Part shown: piece by piece, positions 38,401 through 47,906 of the stretch | Layout of the letters: each line of letters opens with the position of its first letter | How positions within the stretch are numbered: position 1 is the stretch's first letter | Virus record (IMG/VR): IMGVR_UViG_3300028805_000099 | Strand: one strand, 5' to 3' | Length of the DNA: 64,000 bases | Source of the DNA: an uncultured virus (IMG/VR IMGVR_UViG_3300028805_000099) | Taxonomy: Duplodnaviria > Heunggongvirae > Uroviricota > Caudoviricetes > Crassvirales | The notes under the pieces: model-generated | Seen by the model: the letters and a program-made list of their open reading frames with translations, nothing else | Told to the model about the DNA's origin: nothing | Databases searched by the model: none | Made by a program: the position numbers and the translations under genes

Positions 38401-41400
38401 CTCTATAAAGTCTTCTTTATTCCAGTAAGCCATTTATACTTACTAGTATATTTATCTAATATTGGGAACCTCCAATCTCCTGTTGAAGTTTGTACATTAA
38501 AATCTTCAGGTTCAATACAGTCAGACATTATAAACTTTAATACTGTATGTACATATCTTGGGTCAAGATAGAGTTCATTACCTAAATCATCTTGATTAGG
38601 AGTATTATCAGCCTTCATGTCCTTAATATTCTTTATAATATTAAGAACTATTGTTGAAGTTGTTCTATAAGGATTTGCCTATTTCACATTAAATCCAGTG
38701 ATTTCATTATAACCAGCAGAATTCTCTCCTTCTTGATTAGTTTCCTATTCTTCTGCCTATATATCACTTACTTGTTTTTCTTTACCTTTACTTTCAAGCT
38801 TTATATCTAATATAAGCTCAAATGTGAAAACTGCTTCTTCGACTAATCTATCAAAATTATCTACTATTTTTTGATTTTCCCTAGCTGCATAATCAGTCTT
38901 TGCATTTTTAACTCTTTCTTGATAGCCCTTCTTTACTGATTCTAAGATATTATCAATACCTATAATATTTACTATTGTAGATAAAGGAGTATACTAGTTT
39001 TTAAGTTTTCTTATCTATCTGTTTATTTTTTTCCTTCTTTCCTCTGTAGTTTCAGGTAAATGACTTTCCTAAGCAAGTTCTTTTCTTTTTTCTTTTCTAA
39101 GATATTCGGTATGGTTTTGGAAATCTCTTACAAGAGCATTCACTCTCGCCTTAAGATTGTTTCCAAAAGTAGAATAGAACACAGTGTCATCCGAGTCTTT
39201 TATTTCCATACCTGTAGGAATACCTTCCTAATTTAATGCAGTGGTTTGCTCATTTATAATCATTTCCTTTGTTTTACCAAAGGTTTTCTCATAAACATCT
39301 CTTATTGCCTGCATTGCAACAAGTGCCTTTGCATCCCCAACATACTGGGGGTTATCTACTATTTGCCTATTTTTATTGTATTTTGGATATTTTTGTATAT
39401 CTCTAGTACCTACTCCTGCAAATTTTTGTGTTAAAGTAGGAATATCACATTCAATAAACTTTCCAATTACTCTATCATACTGATACCAATGTTCAGTTGA
39501 AATATCAAAGACAAACACATCTCTTTGTTTATCAGTCATCTTTATTCCAAGCTATACAGCATAATTTGTACCACCAGTTACAGTAGTTCTATTATCATCA
39601 AAGAAAGTTCCTATAGCAAACACAGAGTCTGAATTTGAAATCTACCAAAAGTTTCTGGCAATTAATTCTCCTGTTACCGTTCTGTAATCTATATTCTCTC
39701 CAAGAATTCTGTTTATAAATTCTGCTCCTCTTCTTAAATTCTATTCATTTACTTCAGTTCCTTTAACACCATTTTGTTTTAATGTAGCACTTTTCACACT
39801 TGTTGTATAAGGAGTAAAATGTATAGCATTGGTTAATCCAAATTCTCTGCCTATCTAATCCCAATAGGTATCAGCACCATAGGCTCCTCCAGACAATAAA
39901 ATGTAATTGTTTATATTTGGTTCATTAGTTTCTTCTGTGACTTCCTCGTTGTTTATTGTTTGTAAGTCATCATCAAAACCTGATATTCCCTTACTCTAGT
40001 CTATATTTGTACTTAATTCAACAAGTGAACCACCAAAAGCATCGTCAGAACCTTCTTCAAGAACCATAGTAATATTTCTGCTTCTTGTAAGACCAGTATA
40101 TATATTCTCGGCTTTTCCTTGATTTCCCCAAGCATTGCCTCTAGTTTTTATTTGCTCTTTTTCATATACTGCAATATCATAAGTAGAACCCTATGCTTTA
40201 TGCGTAGTAATAGCATAGCTCATACTTATTTGTGCATATTTGTTTTTCTATGCATAATAGTCACTCCAGTCAGATGAATTTTGTGTAGAAATAGCCTTTC
40301 TTTTTAATTCACTTAAATACCTATTCTATTTATCCATACTTTGTTTATCAGCAATAACATTTACTGCCTAAACAGTTCCATCACTTAGTTTTATAGAATA
40401 TGTGATATAATTTAAGGAATCTCCATTAGGTTCTTCTGATTTCAATACTGAACTCACATCCAATATAACTCCCTCCTCAGCATTATCTATTGATATTCTA
40501 GTATTTGGAATTGTATATGGACTATCAAAAATAATTAATTCTCCTTTACATAATTCATTTGGATTATTTGGGAATAAAGCTTGGTGAATAAGATTATTGA
40601 ATTCGTCTACTTGTTCTCTAAATGGAGCAATTATCTTAATATAATTAGGATTCTCATGGTTAACACCATATCTGAAAGCTTCAATAATTCTCTCTCTTAC
40701 CTTAATGTTATCAGTATTGAATAATAATGCTCCATTTGGAGTCACTACTGTTTTTTCAGCACTTACACTATTTATTGATGAATTTGATTTACCAGTAGCA
40801 ATATCCCAAAACTTGTCAGCATAAGACAATATAGGAGAATTTTCTCCCTATCTAATCCTTTCAGTTAGAGTATCCACCTATATATCCTCTCTAGAAAAGA
40901 CTCCTGATTTACTTGAAATTCCTTTAGCTTTATCTATTGGTCTTAATTGTCCATAATCGCCCAAAAATACTATAATTGTATCTTTCACACTATCCATTTG
41001 TTCAAGTATCTTTGGGGCAACCATTGAGGCTTCATCTACAAATATTAAGTCATAATTTTTAAATCTTTGTTTATTAGGATTTATTGCAAATTCATCCTCA
41101 CTCATTCCATAATTTGCCCCAGCAAGAGTATATAAAGTTTCCTTCTTTACTCCAAAATCCTTCACCTTATTATGTAGTAAATTAACAGCTTTTCCACTAA
41201 GTGCAGATACAGCTATCTTCATTGTAGGATGCTTAGCCTTAAGTTCCTTTATTATATTCCTTATTATTGTAGTCTTACCAGTTCCTGCTTTACCTTGTAT
41301 GGTAATATACTTCTTTCCATCAGTATTTTCTCCACTAAGTTTCTTCTTAATGAACTTTAAAGTATCATTAACTGCATCCTATTGTTCCTATGTAAGCTAT

Positions 41401-44400
41401 ATTGCTCCTTTACCACTACTTACAATTCTTTTTTGTTTAGGTTGTTCAGTCTAAACAGGTTGTTTTCCTCTTAATTCTTCTCTCACTTCCATAAGAAGTT
41501 TAGGAAACTCAGTACCCCATTTACCTTTGTCTTGTGTATGAGTAAGAGTAGCATTACCTGTAGCAAGAAGTCTTTGAAGAGCTTGAGGATTTTGTTCAAA
41601 TGAAGCTTTGATTAGAGCTTTCATTATTTTACTTGAATCTTTATCCCAAGCTTCTGAATCAAAATCTTTTAATGATTTACCAAGCTATCTCGCTCTACTA
41701 GGAGATACTGGCTTATAATCATTAATCAATTCCCTATATATTTTTTCATTTTCTGCATTTTGTGCAGCATAAAATGTTTTTGCTGTCTGAAAAGCAACTT
41801 CAACAGAAGGTTGTGTTCCTTTTAAATTTATCCAATAAGATAAACCTAAATTTTTAAATATATATTCAAAAGGTTCAAAAGGCCTTTCAGCAAAATTACT
41901 TAAATCAGCATTTTGTCTATTAGGGTCATTTTTTCCTGTGCCCCACCAAATATCCATTTTAGTTTCTGGACCAGGAAGAATAGAAACTTGTTGTTGCTGA
42001 GAAGTAGGTTGAGTAGATTGTTGTTCAGTATTTGATTGCTCTAACTCCTATCTTTCAAATCTAAAAGCATCTCTCTCAAGTTCTCTTTGTAATAAGTCAT
42101 TAGTGCTTCTATATTGAGTAGAAGCATCCCTAGCACTATCAAGTTCTCTGAATTTATCCTATGCTAAACTGATAATATCTCTTCCATCTCCATTTTCTTC
42201 TCCCCATTGCATTAATTTACCAGTTCTGACAGAAACAATCTTATTGTCTCTATTCACTACATACTAATTACCTTTATGCTCGACTATAACGGCTCTTCCT
42301 TGTTTTACTGCTAGGTTTGCAAATATTTTTATTCTATCACTGCCTTCATTTGTTGCTCCTTCCTTAAATACTTCCTAACCTTTATCATTAAATATATGAC
42401 TTCCTCTTATGGTATAAGTTCTTCTATATCCTCCATATTCATATGTAACCTATTGAGGTTGTGATTCATTAAGATTCTCATAGAAGGTACCTTCACCATT
42501 AAGCAATACAGGGTTATTTATTATATCAAGTGTTAAAGCTGAAGCTTGTTCTAATAAAGTATTATTTTTACTGAACAGTCTAGTGTATATTTTCTTAAGA
42601 ATATTTCTTAGTTTATCTAATAATGTAACTTTCTTTGTAGCTTTAATAGTACTTAAATCCTCCATTAAGCTAGTATCAGTCCATACATCAGCAATAAATT
42701 CCTCAAGACCATGTTCAGTATAATACTCTTGAGCTTTTACTGGATATACTTTTGCATAAGCATCTATAATTTCGTTTATAGCATTCCTAAATTCTAGTTT
42801 ATGTTGTATCTAAGATACAGTAACATGGTGGAGTATTTCATGTAATAATACCATATCTGCACTACCATCACCATAAAGAGCATTAGTGTTTATCTTAACA
42901 GTCTTACTTTCAGCATCATAAGAAGCTCTGTAAATTCTTCTTTCACCTGATTTTAATACTTGAACAAAAGGACCAGTATATATATAACCCCCTCTACCAT
43001 CACTTATTCTCTATATATCAACTGATTCAAGTTGGAAGTTAATATCATTAAGAATACCTTTTTTATCAAGAAATTCAATAAGTTCGCCATACTTGCCTTT
43101 CTTAAGGTGTCCTATTATAGCTTTCCTAGTCTTCTCATTTTCAGCTTTAGCTTTATTTTCATTTATATATATCTTCTATGATTGCTATAATGATTGTAAG
43201 AAAGAATCCTTCTTTCTATTATTAACATCTGGAACTGCTTCAAGATAGATATTACTTTCTTCAGAATAAGTACCTACATTATCAGTAGCTGATTTAATTT
43301 GATTAGGATTATATACTATATAAGTAGTACCTAAATTATCTTTAACTGCTAATAAAACATCAGAATTAAAGTCAAACACATTCTCAATAATCAAACCATC
43401 TTTTTTGCCTCTAAACAATGATTCAAGTGTTCTTGTAGAATGTATTTTACCATTATATTCTATTTTATTCCAACTTTTACCATTAGCATCAATTATTTTA
43501 GCATCTCTAATATTTAAAAACAAAGGATAAGTTTTTCCAACATATTCAGGTTCTTCTTCATTTTGAATATTTCTTTGATAATCTTTAGAAACTTCATAAT
43601 TAGAAGAAGCATAAATAGCATTTGGTTTTCTTATAGCTATTTGTTTTCCATTGTTATAATCAACTACTTGTTCTTTACTTATATTCCAACCTTCTTTAAT
43701 CCAATCTTCTATTTCTTTATTATAAATCCATTCTTCATTTTTAGATATAGTAGTTTCTTCATAATTTCTAAAAGAAGTTATATTTTTTTCTTTACTACTA
43801 TGATAAACAACCAAAGGCTCACCATTCTTATCTACTACTTTAGAAACACCTTCTCCTTTTTGATAAATAGGTATCTTAATTTTACTTCCATCAGATTTAA
43901 GAGTAGCATCTCTTTCTCCAATTTTAGTCATTCCTCTACCTATGTTATTGTTTAAAGCCCTTAAACCATCTTCTGTAAGGCTTCCCCAAGTAGATACTAT
44001 AGCATCATCAGGAATAGCTTTTGCCAACTCTTCAAAAAGGATTTTAGTATCACCTTTTTCAAGTTTAGATTTATCAGTCTTTAAATGAACACTATATTGA
44101 CCAAATTCTCTATCTTTAACTAATTCAAAATGTCCTTTTTCATGTTGACCTTTAATATAAATTTTAAGAGTTTTATTTCCTTCATGTTCGTTAGGATTAG
44201 AAGTCTCTTCTATGTCAACTCTTGAAATATCTATAGCATCCTTATTAAACTTATTAACTCCAAGCCAATTTCCAAACCATTTTATAAAAGCTTTAGTTCT
44301 AACTTGTAGCCATTGTCTTTCAGTAAGATTAGATTTTTTACCATTAGGTGCAAGGGCATAGTCAAATGTACCATCCTCTTTTAATACAATGTTTCCATTA

Positions 44401-44612
44401 GCAATTGCTTGTTGCCTAATAGATTGTATTTCTTGATTATATTCCTACTCAAACTAATCTTTAATCCATTCTACAGAAGGATAATCATATTCAGTTCTTT
44501 TAGAATCTCGGTTTCTCCAAGTTTGTATTTTAGTCTTTACTACTTCAATAGGAAGCTCTGCTTCTTGAGATAAACTCTTTATCTTCTCATTAGTAACTAA
44601 ACAAGTAATCAT
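32406..44612 (-). CDS. giant virion-associated two-barrel RNA polymerase with ART-like, zincin, NADAR, SF1 helicase and SLOG-like domains, about 4068 aa, TAG-recoded
   Basis: Thirteen minus-strand ORF-track fragments (33273 to 43185) share the frame of ATG 44612 and TAA 32406; catalytic GYRIPTEDKYS...GCDFDVDKM (34962-34976). Confidence 0.85.
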
Positions 44613-44671
44613 ATATTATATATTTTCGATATTATTAACAATAGTATTTTAATGTCTAAAATTATTTTGCC

Positions 44672-44681
44672 TGCAAAAATA
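44672..44681 (-). promoter_or_regulatory. Bacteroidota-type -7 promoter element for the RNA polymerase/cargo operon
   Basis: TATTTTTGCA on the minus strand, between the terminator and ATG 44612. Confidence 0.6.
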
Positions 44682-44739
44682 ATATAATTTATTTAATCAA
44701 TAATTAAAATTAATTGTTTTTTATTATTTATGCTCAAAT

Positions 44740-44778
44740 AAAAAAATAAGGGGTAGCACCAAAACGGCACTACCCCTT
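44740..44778 (-). terminator. intrinsic terminator closing the early-gene unit
   Basis: Minus strand AAGGGGTAGTGCC-GTTTT-GGTGCTACCCCTT-ATTTTTTT. Confidence 0.8.
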
Positions 44779-44812
44779 GAAAAATATATAAAGAAGTCAC
44801 TCTTTTATTTAA

Positions 44813-44935
44813 TCACAAATCCTGTTCATCAGGATAATATTCCTTCATATAGCATCTATAACATAGACTACCAGTATCATTACTATCTTCTATTTCTTTA
44901 CCACAATACTCACAATGTTTTACTTTTTCTTCCAT
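44813..44935 (-). CDS. small zinc-ribbon protein, 40 aa
   Basis: MEEKVKHCEYCGKEIEDSNDTGSLCYRCYMKEYYPDEQDL; two CxxC motifs. Confidence 0.6.
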   Translation of the reverse strand: MEEKVKHCEYCGKEIEDSNDTGSLCYRCYMKEYYPDEQDL

Positions 44936-44947
44936 ATCTTTATAAAT

Positions 44948-45367
44948 TTATTCTGGACAAAACTCAATTTCTTCTTGTTTCCAATCACTACATTGTTCTA
45001 TAAGGTCTTTTACAACTTTTAGTTCCTTTTGTTCTGATTTTGTTAAAGGTCTACAACGAGTAATATCCATTAAATCCTTTAACCTTACTTCTTCTAGATA
45101 AGTCTTTACTGCGACAATAGTTTCAATTGCAGTACATCCTTGTTTCTTATATTCATCCTTCCAAGGTGTGTCAGATGTATCACAATTTCTATAACAACCA
45201 TCTTCATCACAATCTACTTCAAGGTTGTAATTAGTGGTAACTATCGTTACATCTTTACTTAATGTTTCTACTATAGTAACATTAAATTCTTCTTCAGGGT
45301 TTTCTACTTGGTTCCAGGGTGCTGATTCATTATCTGCTCCCAATGGGTAATGATAATTATCGTACAT
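44948..45367 (-). CDS. hypothetical protein (YPLGA...APWNQ family)
   Basis: 139-aa ORF in an operon-like arrangement. Confidence 0.75.
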   Translation of the reverse strand: MYDNYHYPLGADNESAPWNQVENPEEEFNVTIVETLSKDVTIVTTNYNLEVDCDEDGCYRNCDTSDTPWKDEYKKQGCTAIETIVAVKTYLEEVRLKDLMDITRCRPLTKSEQKELKVVKDLIEQCSDWKQEEIEFCPE

Positions 45368-46202
45368 TTTCAGATTTACTTTTATGTTTTCTAATATTAA
45401 CCTTTTCTAACCTTTCTTCGATAGATTCATCGGCTTTGAGAAATATTTTACCACCGATGGTAGATACTTCACCTTTTCCACATTTTCTAATATTACTACC
45501 TGCTATACCATAGGCTCTAGCAGCTTCTTGCGAATTAGGCCAAACTGTTACAAAAGTACCATCAATTGTGTACTCATAAAGGGCAACATATCTACTTTCA
45601 TTTGAGTCATGCCCATATCGTTCTTTTCTTCTTTTTTGCTTTTCTGGAATGGGCTTTTTTTGAAAAGACTCCCCATGATATCTAAACTGGTATCCAGCAC
45701 ATGTACCATATTGGCTTTTGCAGCAACGTGAAATATCTGTACTATGTGTATTGTATTTAGCAGCTGCATCTGTAAGTGCATTTAAAGTCTCAACATATAC
45801 ACCATCTTTAGTATAAACATCAACAGCTTTTGCATTACTGTATCTTACATTATACTGAGGAGTACACCATTCAAGATTTTCAACATGATTATTAACTTTA
45901 TCTTCGTCGATGTGGTTTACCATTGGAAGATTCTCAGGATTTGGAATGAAAGCTTTTGCTACTAACAAATGAATTTCAAAAGTTTTTGCTCTCCCATTAT
46001 CATAAAATCTGGTTTGCATATATCCGTTTCTACCATGTTTTTTATGTAGCTTGATAAGTTCTCCTTTTTTACAAGTATTATAAGTCCCAATACTCATAAC
46101 TCTACCATGAGAACTAACTAGATATTTATTCTCAAATTCAGGACAGGGTTTCCAAATTTCTCCTTCTTCGCTAATTGCGGCAATTTTCTCTTCTATATTC
46201 AT
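45357..46202 (-). CDS. NUMOD4-HNH homing endonuclease with C-terminal NUMOD1-like repeats
   Basis: EIWKPCPEFENKYLVSSHGRV (NUMOD4); HLLVAKAFIPNPENLPMVNHIDEDKVNNHVENLEWCT (HNH). Confidence 0.92.
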   Translation of the reverse strand: MNIEEKIAAISEEGEIWKPCPEFENKYLVSSHGRVMSIGTYNTCKKGELIKLHKKHGRNGYMQTRFYDNGRAKTFEIHLLVAKAFIPNPENLPMVNHIDEDKVNNHVENLEWCTPQYNVRYSNAKAVDVYTKDGVYVETLNALTDAAAKYNTHSTDISRCCKSQYGTCAGYQFRYHGESFQKKPIPEKQKRRKERYGHDSNESRYVALYEYTIDGTFVTVWPNSQEAARAYGIAGSNIRKCGKGEVSTIGGKIFLKADESIEERLEKVNIRKHKSKSENVR

Positions 46203-46217
46203 ATTTTTTAGTTTTGC

Positions 46218-46227
46218 TACAAAAATA
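46218..46227 (-). promoter_or_regulatory. Bacteroidota-type -7 element upstream of the HNH gene
   Basis: TATTTTTGTA on the minus strand, 15 nt before ATG 46202. Confidence 0.5.
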
Positions 46228-46297
46228 CGAAATTATTTTTGATTATACAAATATTTATGGTCAAATTTAGTACCTAGTGCATAAAATCCGCTCTCTA

Positions 46298-46708
46298 TCA
46301 TAATTTTTCTACTTTTACTATTTTTATTTTATTAGATACTAATTCTCCATCAGTACCTAAGTATATTTTACTTCCTTTTGGTATAATGCATACTGCTAAA
46401 CCATTACTACCATGAACTTCAGAATAATAAGGTAGATGAGATTCTGCAATTGCCCTATGCATATATGAATGATATCCGTTATGTACTTCATTATTATATC
46501 TACCTTCTATACTAAATTTAGTATTATATATATTATCAATCAAATATGTATAATCTTGTATAGCGGAATTAATCATTTGTATATCCTTTTTATGCCAATC
46601 AACATTTATAAATTTATATACTTCAAGATTTTTTCTAATTTTGATTGGTATATATTTTCCAAATAGCTTCTTATGTATAGCTGTATTTATATATAAACAC
46701 ATACACAT
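46298..46708 (-). CDS. hypothetical phage protein (GYHSY...CIIPKGS family)
   Basis: 136-aa ORF; motifs VHNGYHSY and CIIPKGSKIYLG...VSNKIKI. Confidence 0.75.
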   Translation of the reverse strand: MCMCLYINTAIHKKLFGKYIPIKIRKNLEVYKFINVDWHKKDIQMINSAIQDYTYLIDNIYNTKFSIEGRYNNEVHNGYHSYMHRAIAESHLPYYSEVHGSNGLAVCIIPKGSKIYLGTDGELVSNKIKIVKVEKL

Positions 46709-46714
46709 TTATTT

Positions 46715-47011
46715 TTAATTACTTTTAGGTCTATAAGATACTGTAATATATTCTTCATATTCACAAGCTTCACAAATAACATCCAAATCTTCCCACATTT
46801 GCATTTCTGAAAAAGATTGATATGCTCCCCAAATTCCTACAAACCCATCTTCAACTTGATATACATTAACTGCTGTACTATACCAGCGATGTTCATCTAA
46901 ATTAAGACCTTCTGCAACTTGAGGAACATCTTTTGGAATAATGTCTTCAGCTTGCCAAAGACTGTGATAATACCCGTTATTTATTTTATCTATTAACTCT
47001 TGCTTTTTCAT
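46715..47011 (-). CDS. hypothetical protein
   Basis: Likely start MKKQEL at 47011, directly after the upstream stop; LDEHRWYSTA motif. Confidence 0.7.
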   Translation of the reverse strand: MKKQELIDKINNGYYHSLWQAEDIIPKDVPQVAEGLNLDEHRWYSTAVNVYQVEDGFVGIWGAYQSFSEMQMWEDLDVICEACEYEEYITVSYRPKSN

Positions 47012-47012
47012 A

Positions 47013-47222
47013 TTAAAATCCAAATTTAGTAAATTCATAATTCTCTGAAACCATCCAATAGCAATCATTTAGATTAAAGTTATATTTCTCTTCCAAACAA
47101 TCTGCCATAAATGTTTCAAAGTTCTCATAATTATCCATTAATTCTTTATCTTCTTTGGTTAATTTAATTACAATACATTCTGCTGTATTGTAATTTAATA
47201 GCCATAAATAGTTATATTCCAT
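47013..47222 (-). CDS. hypothetical protein
   Basis: Likely start MEYNYL at 47222; tightly packed. Confidence 0.6.
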   Translation of the reverse strand: MEYNYLWLLNYNTAECIVIKLTKEDKELMDNYENFETFMADCLEEKYNFNLNDCYWMVSENYEFTKFGF

Positions 47223-47607
47223 TTGTTTCTTCCTTATTATTAAGATATTGGTCAAACATTTGACTAAATAATTGTTTATGCATGTAAACTATTGGAGAAA
47301 CAATATTCCACCTTTCTTTAGCTTCCTTAGAAATTCCTACCAATCTACCAGTTCTATAAGGATTCTTCTCATCTTCCTTAGTATCATCTGTAACTTCTAG
47401 AATAAAAGTTCCTTTTTGCTTTTCTATCAATTCTTTACATTTATCACATAATTCTCCAGTCATACATTCTCTTGGAGCTTCAGCATCATCTTTTAATCTT
47501 CCCATTAAAGCAATACTGTTAGTTAATTCTCCACATACAAAACATCTGACAAGAGAAGGATTTAATCCATGTTTTTCACTTAGTGTTATTGAATCTTCTT
47601 TACTCAT
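47212..47607 (-). CDS. hypothetical zinc-binding phage protein
   Basis: SITLSEKHGLNPSLVRCFVCG...LCDKC. Confidence 0.75.
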   Translation of the reverse strand: MSKEDSITLSEKHGLNPSLVRCFVCGELTNSIALMGRLKDDAEAPRECMTGELCDKCKELIEKQKGTFILEVTDDTKEDEKNPYRTGRLVGISKEAKERWNIVSPIVYMHKQLFSQMFDQYLNNKEETNGI

Positions 47608-47906
47608 AACTCAGTATAATAACATTTTACTACATTTAATTCATTATCTTTTCCAAAATCAAGTTCTTCATTAGTAACTATCGTTCCCCAAAAGTTTACT
47701 GTAAGACCTTTGTTTTTCTTTATTCCACATATTTCAGTCCAATCTTCATCTGAATGTCTGGCATAATAATCATGTTTTCCTTCAGGTAATTCATCAGTGA
47801 AATATGAAGATTCATAACCGTCAGCATTAATTATCAAACCATCATCTAAAACTAATTCAAGCTTCCAATCAGGTTTGCTTTCATTAAATTTGATTCTCTG
47901 TGCCAT
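47604..47906 (-). CDS. LPD28-like (large polyvalent protein-associated) domain protein
   Basis: LPEGKHDYYARHSDEDW...VNFWGTIVTNEELDFG resembles the recalled LPD28 consensus. Confidence 0.6.
   Translation of the reverse strand: MAQRIKFNESKPDWKLELVLDDGLIINADGYESSYFTDELPEGKHDYYARHSDEDWTEICGIKKNKGLTVNFWGTIVTNEELDFGKDNELNVVKCYYTEL

Noticed and set aside
642..44612. Reading the fragmented late genes as pseudogenes of a decayed prophage
   Set aside because: Interruptions seen are all TAG, frames are preserved, and TAG falls at conserved Gln positions
46203..46297. Possible group I intron around the HNH gene
   Set aside because: No recognisable intron core elements and flanking genes look complete; not excluded without a covariance-model search
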